Assembly: GCA_964016885.1 (NCBI GenBank)
Contig: OZ024742.1
Span: forward strand, 270,630,001 to 270,694,000
DNA from: Eledone cirrhosa
Lineage: Eukaryota
DNA length: 64,000 bases
Direction: 5' to 3'
Of this stretch, positions 33,005 through 46,700 are shown one piece after another; position 1 is the first letter of the stretch; each line of letters opens with the position of its first letter. A model generated the notes under the pieces. It was not told the DNA's origin. It worked only from the letters and a program-made list of their open reading frames with translations, and made no database searches. The position numbers and the translations under genes were made by a program.

Positions 33005-33558
33005 TATATATATATATACAAACATAAATTATCGAGATTCGCATTCCGGCCCACGAAATAACGAAAAACAACCTCCGAGATGTGCGGCAAGTGCTCAATG
33101 ATTCAGATGAACCAGAGCTATAACAAACGTTAAAGGCCAAACACACAACTAACTCGGGTATTGAAAATTTACCCGGACTCCTGGGTTGGTAATCCATTAT
33201 ATGGGTTTCTGCGGCTCCTAAATCAAGTACCCTCCGCTTACATAAATAATGTCAGGCTTCTGGTAAGATGATTGAACAAGGGAGCCACTTTCTCAACAAG
33301 TTTTGGTTCAATGTTAATACAAGGACTGACTATTGCTGACCCCACGTGGGGATCGGCAAGGGAGGCAACCCCTATATCAGGCGAATAAATTCAGTTGTGT
33401 ATATTTTTGCAAGAATGCAAAAACATTACAAATCGAATAGAGTTCTCAACAGAAGGGTTAAAATTAACATAAGCTATTCATCAGTGAATAGAATCAACTA
33501 AAAAATTAATAAAATTAACTGGTCAATAGCTAGAGTCTGGAGAATAATACACACACAC

Positions 33559-33639
<81 letters not shown>

Positions 33640-33716
33640 CATTCATACATACATGATGGCTTCAAACTCTACTAAGAGTACCGTAATCGCTTATCAGATT
33701 ATAGAGTTTGGTGCAC
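32504..33716. repeat. Two interleaved short inverted duplications
   Basis: 32506-32637 vs 32807-32943, and 32648-32730 vs 33635-33716. Confidence 0.8.
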
Positions 33717-34261
33717 TTTTAGGCTACGGCCTGTCACAATCATGAAACATATCATGAACAAACAATGCCTGTGCTTTGAAAGTCTTTTTTTAAGTGGAGA
33801 GAGGCGCTGCACTCGACCAATCCCACTCTCTGAGCATCGAAAACACTATGCGAAAAGGGGAACTGGTCAACATCATCGGATGCTTCTGAAGCCGCATATT
33901 TGTTTTCTTTTCAGAGTTTCCCCTTTCCTAGAAAGGTGTTGTGACAAAAAACTGGGGGCCTAAAAAAAGAGAAAAAAGTAATATTCGGATGGCTGTTGAC
34001 TGTTGTGTCACACCGTCCTTTGCCCGATCTTCTATTTCATTCCGCGGGCTGTCCAAATATCACCCTCTTCACCAAGCAAGCTCGACGGTGCTGCCAGTTT
34101 TGTCGCCGACGATGCGACAGGTTGTATTGTGTTACATGATACCAGTTACAGTCGAGATCCACCTGATACACATACATACAGACAAACACACACACACACG
34201 CATACACACACACACATAAACACACACACATACACATACACCGCCCCCATAAACTCAACCC

Positions 34262-34350
<89 letters not shown>

Positions 34351-35568
34351 GCGAATCACATGTAAATTACCGTTAATATAAATCTGGTACTAATATGCAG
34401 TTTGTCGTATTACATTTTATAAATTATTTGCTATAAGAGATTCCTTATTTTATTGTGTTATATCCTGTTATCTACAGTATATATATTGTTTAACATTATC
34501 TAGTTTACTACATTTGTATGGCGACTGCAAATCTAGCCTGCTGGCGGTTTTACTATTTCCTTGTCCAGTACAATCTTTATAAAATTGTCCCATGTTTATT
34601 AATGGGACTGTAAATATCTTTCTTACCCACCATATTTTATCTTGTGGCTCATCAATAGAAATAAATATTGATTTTCTGAATAACTTCTTCGTTTTAAGAG
34701 TTCAAATACTGCCGTTTCGACCGTGTGTTTAATGTTATCTCAGATCGATACAACCATTTACATTTACTGGTGCCAATGTCATCGATTAAATTTCTATTTT
34801 TTTTTCTATTTTCTCTCTATTTATATTATTCTCTTCACCTCCCTTCTCTCACTATGTTATTTATCTCTGTGACTCGCCGAAAGAAACCGACATTGCTTTC
34901 CATTGAATATTTGTTTCGCAATAGAATTGTTAGAATTCCTATTAAAAATTCATAATCATCATCACCAACATCAGTGCATTCGTCATTATCATTATCATCA
35001 TCATTTTCTTTTTCATTCTCAAAAGCAAATTCCTCCTCCTAACGTCACCATCATTCTCATCTCCTTATTCAACGTCATTTGCCATACAATTATTATCTTA
35101 CCCATCCTCTTTCTCTTCATTACCAACATCTTTGTAATCATCATCATTCTCTTCATTGTCATAATCATTAATACTCACAAAAACAATCCCAATATTTCCC
35201 TCACTAGAATCCACCTCAACCGTCATTGTCATCGCCGTCGTTGTTGTCGACATTGCCATCGGCTTCGTAATTATCATTGCTGCAGTTATTTAGGGTTGAT
35301 ACTGTTCTCTTTTTATTGTAATTATAGTTCAATTCATTAAATATGCAACGTGATTTAAAGACATTTAAAAAAACTTAATTTGTTGCTGTTTTTGCTCTCA
35401 TTGTCATTGTCTATTTAATTTGCTAAACTTCTTTTCTCTGCTACCCTCATATTTTTTAGAATTAAGGTGAAGTTCATTGTGTGGAACACATTTTCAAAGC
35501 TGAGGTGAAAAAGAATGGTAATTACGTTATTAATCTCTCTCTCCCTCTCTCCCTCTCTCTCTCTACCC

Positions 35569-35608
<40 letters not shown>

Positions 35609-35750
35609 CCCTCTCTCTTTCTCTCTTTCTCTCTGTATCTCTCTCTCTCTATCTCTCTCATTCTCTCTATCTTTCTATCTAAATATATATTATATATTCA
35701 TGCTTACACACACACACACGCACGCACACACACACATACATACACACACA

Positions 35751-35791
<41 letters not shown>

Positions 35792-35807
35792 ACGCACACA
35801 TACACAC

Positions 35808-35857
<50 letters not shown>

Positions 35858-35924
35858 TAGCAGAAGTACCCGACGAAGCACGGGTGTAAGTCGACCTTTG
35901 CTCTGTTGTTAAAATGTGTGAAAG

Positions 35925-36700
35925 TTACTTCCCGCGCTTCACAGGTGCAACGTTGTTGTTGGGGTTCACGCTGTTGTTGGTGTTGTTATTGTCTACACCA
36001 AAGGAGGTCATCATGAAACAGGAGTTGTATTTCCACATGTTACGGCGGAACGTTGTAGCCGTAGTGTCATCACCTGTAAGTAGATTCAGAAGAACGTCTG
36101 GTGGGTCAGCCAATGCCTCTAGTTGCACCTAACCTCCTGCACAGCACATAGAAGGCACCTCGCGTGGCCATTTCATTGCCTTGCAGTATGTACAGACATT
36201 ATCCATTTTGCCAATGGAAACTGTAAGCAGAAGTCCGTAATCCTCAGAGGGGTTATATCTGAAGGCTGCTTTTACCCAGCCCGAGCTCTTGGTAGCAGTA
36301 GCTAATGTGTGTCGGGAACACTTAGCAGCAAGCCTGTTGTTTCTGTCTGCCGTGGACTCCTCTGCAAGCGCTTGTTGACGACGAAGTCGAACCCCAGCAA
36401 GCCTCGTCTGACGGGATGTTGGTGACTGCTCAGCAAGCGCTTGTTGGTGACGAAGGCGTACGCCAGCAAGCCGCGTCGTACGGGATGTTGGTGACTCCTC
36501 TGCAAACGCTTGTTGGTGACGAAGGCGAACGCCAGCAAGGCGCGTCGTACGGGATGTTGGTGACTCCTCCGCCAGCGCTTGTTGGCGATGAAGGCGAACA
36601 CCAGCAAGCCTCGTCGTACGGGATCTTGGTGACTCAACCAGCCGGGAAAGACGTCTATCAGCTAGTCGAGATTCGCGCTCAGCAGGTGTTTCCTAGAGAA
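35925..36700 (-). pseudogene. N-terminal remnant of Helitron RepHel (STPR-like repeats, Zn finger, Helitron N-terminal motif)
   Basis: ESPTSRTTRLAGVRLRHQQAFAE-type 23-aa repeats, then CKAMKWPREVPSMCCAGG*VQL, then PPDVLLNLLTGD...FRRNMWKYNSCFMMTSFG. Confidence 0.85.
36355..36636. repeat. 69-bp minisatellite, about 4 copies
   Basis: Unit GACTCCTCTGCAAGCGCTTGTTGGTGACGAAGGCGAACGCCAGCAAG..CGTCGTACGGGATGTTGGT. Confidence 0.95.
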
Positions 36701-37133
36701 AGTTAATTAATGCTACTGGTTAGCTAAACCAAAGGCACTGTGCCAATAGTAAATGAGAAAAGTGTAAAATGATTAAAAGGAATCAAGGTAAGACAATACA
36801 TTTAATATAACTACGATTAGAATGTTGTAGTTACTTAAAAATGTTGACAGTTAGGATAAACGCATTGCTTGCTAACATTAAGGGAGAATATTGCATAAAT
36901 GATTAACCAATTGTGAATGAACGCATACCTGAGAACGCCTAATTCGTCGTCTCAAAGCAGTAGCTGTATCTTTTTTGGTTGTAAGTCTTGAACGTTTCCG
37001 TGTGGGCATAACGACGTGTAACGAAGCTGTTAGGTTAGAGAAGGGTGCTTAAGTACAGAGATAGGTGACACCAGATTCGCTAGCATGGTTACTAGTGAAT
37101 GGGAAGGTTTGGAAACATGATTATACTAACTTA

Positions 37134-37389
37134 CCGAATTTTCCGACCTATAAAGTGCACTTAAAATACCTAAATTTCATCAAAAAACAGCTCTGCGCTT
37201 TATACTCCGGTGAGCATTATGTATAAATAATACAATGGTAATCAATCACGGCTCTAACAGAAGTAATAAATCTAGACTAAAAGTAAAGAAGATAGCATTT
37301 TACTGGTTGGCCTTACACGCCGTTGCGCGGACCTGATTGTAAATGATACGCCTTATATCTCAGTGAGCCTTACAGAACGGAACATACGG
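37134..37389. mobile_element. Tc1/mariner-superfamily (Tc2/pogo-like) MITE nested in the Helitron
   Basis: TA|CCGAATTTTCCGACCTATAAAGTGCAC ... GTGAGCCTTACAGAACGGAACATACGG|TA. Imperfect TIRs with TA flanks. Confidence 0.65.
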
Positions 37390-39014
37390 TATCTATTGGA
37401 AAAGAATACGAATTCATGACCAAGCTGTGACAAAATTGGCGTCTATACAATGCCTGAAAAAAACTTGTCCAAGACCCTGGGATCTTTCTTGTTAAGTATC
37501 CACCCAAAAGGAACCGTTTCTTAGTAACACAATAATCAAAGTGAATAGTAACTATATTTCTGGCAAATCATGCCAAAAAGAACAATATATTCAAAACAGT
37601 TTCTAAAGTACATTCAATCTCTCTTTTTGACCGATGTCTTAATAAGCAAATTATCGATTTTTTTTATTAGCTGTCAGTTGTTATCTGCATGCAGGTGTGA
37701 ACGTGAGCGCAATCAATTGCACTGCATGCAGATGGTTTAATGCAACTAAATAAAAGATTAAAGAACAATAGCAATTTGCAAATCCACTCATAATATTTAG
37801 TCGTAAAGAGAATAAAATATGCCATCAGAGGTGGGCTAATAATGGAGAAGACACAAACCCTGGTGAACTTACGTTTAAAACCCCGAAAACTTACTCACTT
37901 CCTGTGCAAAAGACTGTGACAGTAGTGTTATGAATTAAGTAATTTTTTAGAACCTTTTGTTTAAAAAAGGAAAAAATTAGTACGGACGTAACATTTTTTA
38001 CAACTATGTATCTGTCCAATACAGTTTGGTCAAAGTATTATTTAGTAATTTTTTTTCAAAAAGCATGATTATTTAAGACTGTTTGAAAACATACTGCTCG
38101 TGGAATAGACAGGCCATCCAATCAATAACGCGCGTGAGTCATAGTGTGTGCGTGCTTATATGGGCATATGAAATTGATTTTAACTGCGCCATGTGTAAAC
38201 TAAAAGTGCTTGTGTTCGAATACATACACATTAAATTTCATTGAAATCGAAAGATTTTTGAAAAAAATATGAAAAACATTCTGTCATATATTTTGTTGAC
38301 TGTACAATTATTTAAGAATTAAGAATTCTACTCAAAGAACCCTGAATATCTGTTTGTAAAGCCTTCTATTTTCCCATAAAGAAAGACGTAGATTTGCATA
38401 TTTCAACAATATTGTGTTATTGATAATTAAACTATGAATAATTGTCTGCCCTAACTCTTAAAGTTCTCATTTAACGCATGATTTATGAGTTTAAAAAAAC
38501 TTTGTGAATGTTTGCAGCCTTGGAGTAATTCCTAGTGGATCTATTATTGTGGTAATATCAAATATAATTGAAATCGGACGAATTCTTAAAATATCGATGT
38601 TTGCCGCTGGGGTCCGATTGTCGATTTTTTGGAAAATTGCAAGTACCCCTCGTTGATCCCAACATCAAAATACATACCTACGTCAAATTTCATTGGAATC
38701 GGACAAATTTTGTAAATATTGATTTTTGTCTCTGGAGATTCAATTATTGATCCAATTATTGATCCCCGGATCAAAACACACACTTGCCCCGAGTTTCGTT
38801 GAAATCGGACGATTTTTGAAAATATCGATTTTTGGCTTCTGGGGGCCCGATTATTGATTTTTCGAAACTTTCACGTAGCCTATTCCAATCGACGGGTCGA
38901 GTTTTATATATGTGTCAAATTTCATGAAAATTCGATGAACGGTGTAGCCTTAAAGTTCAGGAAACCAAACAAACAAACAAACAACGCCCAACTTCACTTT
39001 ATATATATAGATAT

Positions 39015-39374
39015 TGATGGATTGGTAGTATCGGTAGGGGGTCGGACGCCGTCCTTTGACACATAGAGTTACGATCCTTGCTATTCTGAGTCCAAATCCC
39101 ACCGAAGTTAACTTTGCCTTTCATCCTGATGGGGTCGATGAAATAAAGTACCAGTAATGCACTGGGTAATTGCTGGCCTTGTATCAAAAGTAGAAACAAT
39201 TATTATTATTATTAGTAGTAGTATTTATGCTTTGCAGCATAGAGTTACGGCCCTTTCCATTCTGAGTTCAAATCCCGCCGAGGTTAACTTTGCCTTTCAT
39301 CCTTACAGGGTCGATAAAATAAAGTACCAGTAATGCAGTGGGTATTTGCAGGCCTTGTGCCTAAAGTAGAAACA

Positions 39375-39407
<33 letters not shown>

Positions 39408-39408
39408 G
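39015..39408 (+). mobile_element. Two tandem tRNA-derived SINE copies with (ATT)n tails
   Basis: 39015-39213 and ~39228-39408 belong to the same family as 31005-31128. Confidence 0.85.
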
Positions 39409-39639
39409 AAGGTGAAGCCACGCTTCTTATCGCCTCAAGTTTTTTTTTCAAAAGTTTACCTCGTTTTCAACCGTTCCAAACCTGTTATTCAAGTTTTAAT
39501 ATTGATAAAAGTTTAGAAGTGACCCAGCTAATACAGAGGTTCACTCGTAAATAATACACCACCCCTTTACGGGGTGTCGTATTATGTAAAAAGATTATTT
39601 TAAAAAATGTCTTTCAACATGGATAACATATGAAAGAGA

Positions 39640-42600
39640 GAGAGCGCTGTCATACAACACAGAGAGAGGGAGACTTTGTCAACATATCAACAAGACAGCG
39701 TTCTAGCGAAGGTAAATATAAAAGAAAATATTACGAAGGAAAAGAAGAAACAATATCAATATTGTTACAGATTTAAAATTACCAGACATTTCTAACACAA
39801 ACAACACCAACAACCACACCATCAATAAAAACAGCAACAACAAAAATAACAGCGTTAAGGTCGAGAGCGACAAAAAACAATGACAATATCAACAGCCACA
39901 ACAACAATAATAGTAGGAACAGTATCAACAAAAACAACAATAATATCAACAGCCACAATAACAGTAACAACAGCAACAGTATCAACGAAAACAACAACAA
40001 CAACACTAATAACTGTACCAACGAAAACATCAACAATGACATCGATACCTGTAAAAGGGACCACCTCATTGCAGGTGTCGCCCGAAATATCGAAACAGTG
40101 TTAGTCAAAGAGGAGGAGATGGCATCGCAAGGGCCATGGTGACAAGAAACGCCAATAGAGTTTCCCTGAAACCTTCACCCGATTTTTTCAAGGACCGCCA
40201 ACTACGGACGGTAACTTACCGCACCGTAAGCAAAATGTCACATCGGGTGGAGAGAGGCAGGGAGGCTCAAATTCAAAGGCCTTGGGTTTGTCTCGGCGCG
40301 CAAAACCCACATCACCCGAGGCAAAAGTACGGCACAGTAGACGTACTTTTCGCCACCCCCAAAGAGGCGATTCCACTCTTTGGAAACCCTGGAGAATGAG
40401 GAGATAGTCTTGGTGCCCTCCTACTCAGGGCAGAAAATTGTGAGGGTCAAAGTGACCCAGGTGCCGCCTGACGTGCCCATACCTTGGTTGGCCGCGTCTG
40501 TACTGGCTGGATTCGAGGAGAAGACGACCATACTGCAAATACAGAGAATGGGAAGAGAATTGGTCAGGAATAGGCATGCAAATGCTAATACAGACTGACC
40601 AGGTCTGCATTGAGGCCATCCCAGACATAGACTGCGAAGAAGGCCTCCAACTCCCTATAAGCGTGGAAGGAAGGCGCACAAAGTGCTATCGCTGTGGGCA
40701 GAAGGGTCACCTCAGGGCTTTCTGCCCGCAGAATACAACCAAGAAGAGGGACCCCCTCCTACCGACGCCTGATCCACTACTACCAAGAGCATGGCAGACA
40801 ACAGAGGCAGAAGACCCTTCCATGGTGAATAGGAGGGCAACGTCCGTTGCGCCCATACCAAGACCACGGACAACTAAAGCAGCGGCAGTGTGGCGGCAAC
40901 ACCAACAGTCGCAGTAGCCATCCCGGCGGCAAAATCGCCGGAGCCGGCTCTACTACCACCAACAGCAGTGGAGCTCATACCCCTCCCAGACGCCACGGAA
41001 TCTACATGGAGTATGGGGCAGGAGGGAAGTGGAAAAACATCCGCCACAACAAACAAAAGAGAAAAACCCCTTAGCTTCACCATCCAAAAGTGAAGGCAGT
41101 CAAAGAGGAGTAAAGGCTGCAAGGAGACTTACAACAACACCACCACCATTCCCATCACCACCACAAGCATCATCACCAACAACAACCACACCACAACCAG
41201 CAACGCCAAAAACACCAACATCGCAAACGCAACAAAACACACACACCAAACAGCAACAAAATCACACCTCCCCCCAAAAAGTACACAGTCATAAACATGG
41301 CAAATAAAGAACTCATACAACATACGAGGTGTGTCAGAAAAGTTCAGTGTTTTCTCCTAGAAAGTAATCCCCCCGGAGTCTAATGCACTTTTGTATCCTT
41401 TTCTACCCCGCTTGCATGCATTCCTAGAAGGATTATTCCGGGATCCTCCGCAGTTCCGTGGTCACGGCCATTTTGATGTCGTCCACGTCTTTAAAACGGG
41501 CCCCCTCCGGGTCGTACTCGAAGATCCATGACTCATCACCGGTGATGACGGTCTCTAGCAAGTCTGGTTCGGTTTCAAGACGCTCGAGAATATCCTGGCA
41601 CTTTTGCATGCGTCCACCCTTCTGGTCATCGTTGAGCAGTTTTGGCACCATCTTCGCGCAGACGTTCCGCATGTCCAAATCTTCAGTGAGAATCTTCCAG
41701 ACACTGTCCCGATTCATGCCCAGCTCATTTGCCATCAGTCGAACAGTCAGCCGACGATCGCTACGCACCATCTGCCTGACGCGCTCAACGTTGACCTCAG
41801 TCCTGGATGTTGGGGGCCTTACGCTCCTGGTTTCATCTTCCACGTCCTCGCGCCCTTCTTTAAACCGCTTGCACCACTCAAAAACACGTGAGCGTGACAT
41901 CGTCCCATCTCCATACACTTGTTGCAGCGGAGTTTTCCGCAAACGTACCAGAAACTTCAAGTTTGTTCGTTGCTCTGTGCTCATTGCTTGGCGACCTGAA
42001 ACAGAGGACATGTATATAAAGTTATGAAGAAAAAGTTTGATCGCTGCAGAGAGCTAAGATTACAGTTACATACTCCAGGGGGATTACTTTGAAGGAGAAA
42101 ACTCTAAGTGTGAAGTTTGGGTTTGAAATAAATCTTTTATGACGTCAGTCCTGGAATATTCTGACACACCTCGTATAAAACAGCACAAAGTCATCACAGA
42201 AATAAACTACTACACCCTACCAACACCAAGAACTCTCCCAACAAACATAAGCATCATTGAAATTAAAATAGAACAGTACAACTTTTATAACAAAAATTCC
42301 CCAACGCAGTTGGAGACTTCAGAGGGTCGGTTACCAAGAGGATATACATAGACATCCTCTTGGAAATACCCATGACCAGCCAAAGGGACGGTTCTACTGT
42401 CCCTTCACCACACGATCAAGGTAAGTGACCCTTTCTCACTTGCCGCGTTTCTCATCCAACTTGCCGTACTTAGAATAGGCTGTATAAATGTACGTGGCCT
42501 GGGGTCATCTTGGAAGCAGGGTCACCTACTCAACGACCTCAGATCAATAAACATAGATGTGGTGGCCATCAGCGATACCAGAATCTCCGAAGCACGAGCA

Positions 42601-43170
42601 TTCGCACCGATCTTCGGCGGCTACGATGTATACGCATCTCCCAGCCGTCCATGATCGGGGGGTGGAGTGGCAGTGCTCTTTCGGAGAGGCTTGGATCTCG
42701 CCATACGGGCCATCTTCCTGGACCCAGAAGGTAAGTCTTTGGGGCTGTACGTGACCGGCAGCGAAAGCAATGATTTCAGGCTAGTAGCCGTCTACGCCCC
42801 GACTGGTGTAGGACGGCCAGTTTTCTTCAGATGTCTAGAGACCTTTCTTGGAACGTCCCGCTATTTAGTGTTAGTGGGCGACTGGAACGGTATCTTAGAT
42901 GCGCGCTCGGATTATGTGGGGCTAGTAGAGAGGACAGGAGGGTGTTAAAGCCTCAACAACCTGCTCGGACGTTTTGAACTGTCTGACAGGTATATATTGA
43001 TTATCCGAATGTGCCAATGTGGACATGGGCAAAAAGCATCGGGTCATCCAGATCGTATTTAGACAGGGTATTCTGTAGGAAAACACATTAAGGCTAGTGT
43101 AGGTTGCCAACAATTTAAAGTAGTCGACTACACGGACGACAAATTTGTGATCTGTGAAGTTGACCTTCGT
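39640..43170 (+). mobile_element. 5' part of a Tx1/L1-type LINE (decayed ORF1 with CCHC knuckle, decayed APE), interrupted by a mariner
   Basis: CYRCGQKGHLRAFCP (~40684). APE motifs RIGCINVRGL (~42472), DVVAISDT, GVAVLF, VAVYAP, LVGDWNGILD, SYLDRV. It ends abruptly at the HHR repeat at ~43180. The 5' boundary is approximate. Confidence 0.8.
41325..42173 (-). mobile_element. Internally deleted mariner transposon
   Basis: TA|CGAGGTGTGTCAGAA ... TTCTGACACACCTCG|TA. ORF 41433-42011 has EQRTNLKFL, the HTH, MVPKLL and ITGDESW, fused directly to GARFKD, so the rest of the DD34D domain is deleted. Confidence 0.92.
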
Positions 43171-43182
43171 ATACCTTCGTTT

Positions 43183-43690
43183 CATTCTTTTCCATTTATC
43201 GTTTTCTGAACGCCCGGCCGACTAACTCACTCGATATGCAAATTATGCTGCCTAGCCGTTAATATGCATAAGGAAAGTATATACTTTTAAACGTTCAATC
43301 ATCTGACGGGAAGGTATACGATGTTGACGATAGCTATTTACTTTTTTAAAATGTTCATCGTTCCTTTGTCAGTGTTGAACAAAAGGGCAACGATGGTTGC
43401 CGAACACTGTACGGCGTAATTCGGGCTGTTTGTTTGTTTACAAACATTTATTATAATGTTTACAAACATTTATTATAATGTTCCGTTTGTTTGTTTACAA
43501 ACAAACAAACGGAACATTATAATAAATGTTCGGTAAATCCATACGTACATATATATATATATATGTGTGTGCATGTATGTATATATATACATACTACTGT
43601 ACGTATGTATACATATATGTATGTACGTATACATACTTATATTTAAGTATCAGCCGTACTAAAAGTGAGAAATGAAATTTCATTTCATTG
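43183..43690 (+). repeat. HHR-bearing repeat family copy with a decayed ribozyme core
   Basis: Reverse complement of 29815-30270. Local duplications and an inversion at 43427-43530. Confidence 0.85.
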
Positions 43691-43696
43691 TTTTCC

Positions 43697-43767
<71 letters not shown>

Positions 43768-43789
43768 TATATATATATTGTGATTGCTT

Positions 43790-46700
43790 TTTCTGTGCAA
43801 ATGGTTGTCGTCTGCCTATGCACAGCAGTCAACAATCACCAACTCCAAACGTCCGCCCAAGGTCCCCTAGGTAACTTTAGTGTAATGCATTAGATTTGCA
43901 CGCTCTGCAGCAGTTGTGACAGACAAAATATGTGCCCTCTATTGGATGTATGTGTACCCTTTTAAGAGCACTGATTGATTTGCAGCTACTTTTGCACACC
44001 ACTCATGTTGTCTCACCTAGCATTGGATGGATCGAGCTGCATACAGTTGGCTTTTTGTGGGATTTTAAATGAGTGATGTACCCAAGTTTAGAGAGCGGTA
44101 AACGACCACACACGTCCCAGCACCATCTCACTATGTTCTTATTGAGGTTGATACTGTGGCCTTTTCGAAGCTGAGGTTTAATGTTTTCATGATCAAGCAG
44201 TCTCTTTCAAATATTCTGCAGCTTTCCTTCACATATCCTCCCCGTTTAACCCTCTTTAAAGCAAGTTCTTACTTTCAAACTGTAGATCTTTAAGGTTGGC
44301 CTTTATGCAATATTTATATATTTTTCTTGGTTTGTTCTGACGGCATTTCTCAGTGAGTAATTGACTGTACAATATTTGCTTCTGGGGTCTTTCCTCATTC
44401 ATGGGCACAGTATGACATTTCAGAGAATATGATGGTAGATTCAATGCTCAGGCAAACAGCATCTATAAGGATTTAATTGTCAGGTTTTTTTTGTTGCCAT
44501 TTGATGTTTAGGATACGTCTTAAACACTTTACTTTTTATTAAAGAATTCACAGAGCCTTGTAAACTCTAATCTTGGTCTTTATATAGATGCCATGATCCG
44601 CCCGCATACCCTTTTCAAGTTTTCCGAAGGCTACTTAATCCATCTGAATGCGTAGGGGAATTTCTGCATCCAGCAAACCATCCATTGATAATGCACTACA
44701 CAGACAAACAGAAGTGTCAACTACGCCCAACCTAGTTCTATGCACCATTATATTTAGCCCAACATATGCTTCCCCTGGTGATGGGGTGATCATTACCTTG
44801 GTCTTTTTAAGATTAATTTTCATTCCAAAGGCATTACAAGAAGCTGCAAAACAATCCATGATGTAATGCATATCATCTTGAGAGTGAGCCAGAATGTTAT
44901 CATCATCTGCATACAGGAGTTCTCTAATAGAAATGTGGAACACATTAGATTTGAAATTGAACCATCTTAGGTCAAAGATCCTTCCTGTAGTTCTAACTTT
45001 CAACAGAACACCCCTTTGTACAATCCTGGAATGTATGAGTCAGCATCACAGCAAAAAACAGTATGGAAGCCGGGATATCTGCCTGGTTCACGCCATTACC
45101 AAGTGGGATTTCATTGCACAATTCTCCAACCCGAGCCTTCATATTTCAGACGGACATATCAACAAACATTGGTGGGCACCCTATTTTTCCTTAATATTTT
45201 GCTCTGTTCACCGTATTAAAGGCCTTTGTTGGATCAACAAAAAATCTGCTACAGAGCCACCCGCTGCTCAATACATTTTTCCTGAATCTGCCTTGGAGTG
45301 AAGATCATATCAATCGTCCTTCTGCCAGATCTAAAGCCGGTCTGTGATTCAGTGATTCCAGTAGGACAAATGTCCTCCATCAACCTGGTCAACAATAATC
45401 TAGCAAGAACTTTGCCCACAGACTCCAACAGAGCGATATCATGGTAGTGATTGCATATGCCGTTTTCCCTTTTATCTTTAAACTAGGGCATCAAGATACC
45501 ATCTATCAGATCTTGTGGTAGAGGAGTTTTGTTTGCGTCATGTTATTTTTACCAACCTTTAACAATTCTACAGGGATTCCATCGTGTCCAGGTGCCGTAC
45601 ACCTGCTTAACTTGTTGATTTTAATCGCATTATAATGTTATAATCGATACATTTTAAAATGTACATCACATTGGCGGATGCCATCTAGCACATTATGATC
45701 AGCTGATGACGGATTACCAAATAAATCAGTGAAATATTCTTGCGAATGTTTTAGTATTTTCTCTGATGAGTGCTGTGCCGTCTTTGGACCTAATGAGAAC
45801 AATAGACAAAGTTGTTGTACCATATACTTAACTCAAAAGTCTATAAAACAGTTTTGAATCCGTTAAAGCCTCCTCAGCTCACGTTGTAAAGTGGCTTTAT
45901 AGTCTTTATATGACTTCTTTATATAGCAGATAAATTCGTGGGGCACTTCCCCAGAAATTTTTAATGAAGGGGATGTTTTTTTCGTTAATAGTTGACTGAT
46001 AGCCAAATTATTATCATTAAACCAGTCTTTAAGTTGGCTTTTGTCCTGAATCCAAGTTCTTCTGTCTCTGATGTATACAATTGATACCTGAAGTTTATCC
46101 TCGTTCTCTCAAAGTCAATATTATTCAAATATTCATTCAAGGCCTGACGTACCTCTTGCTGTTTTAACTTTCCAACATCAATACGCTAGAGAATTTTGAT
46201 CCCACAGATACGGCATTTTTTTCGACTACATAACATAAACTTCCCTCGAAACATCCTATCGTCTGTGATGCATTCTACACTATGAATGACGCGCACATTA
46301 CATACATCATTCAGGTCGCTTCTTCAAGTTACTGAGAAATCTATCATGTGGCTATCTTTTGACCTTGAGTGTATCCCGGTAAATTTAACCTTTTTTGTTT
46401 TGGCGGCAGAATGTATTGCAAATTGCTAACTTCAGTACCGAACAGATCTTAAGCAGCTTCAACCTGTTGGCATTCATCTTACTGATGGCGTAATGGCTTA
46501 GTGCATCCCGTATTTCGTGGTCTCTGCCAACTTGGGCATTGAAATCACCAAGAATAATCACTCTTTCTTCGACGGGAGTAGATGCAATTGAAAAACCAAC
46601 GGATTCATAGAATGTCATAATACTTTCGTCACTCTCATGCTGTGTCAGAGCATAAACTGATAGAAGTGTTACACATCGCCCATATTCAAGTGGAATGCGC

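Larger units (their letters stand above)
35857..39011 (-). mobile_element. Internally deleted Helitron with canonical termini
   Basis: The minus strand starts A|TCTATATATATAAAG followed by (GTTT)n and ends with hairpin ACCCG-tgcttcgt-CGGGT then CTAG|T. Repeated AAATTTCATTGAAATCGG-like subterminal units at 38230-38935. Confidence 0.9.

Noticed and set aside
33333-33395. GC-rich CCCCACGTGGGG...GGCAAC...GCGAA segment resembling an HDV-like ribozyme
   Set aside because: It folds as a simple hairpin (TTGCTGA/TCGGCAA). I could not build the nested double pseudoknot.
36355-36636. Regularly spaced repeats that could suggest a CRISPR array
   Set aside because: They are contiguous 69-bp tandem units with no unique spacers, in a eukaryotic Helitron coding remnant.
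39779-40108. Thr-rich and Leu/Val-rich ORFs resembling mucin or membrane proteins (also at 23.4-23.9 and 31.2-31.6 kb)
   Set aside because: They derive from (ACA)n, (CTA)n and (TAG)n low-complexity repeats.
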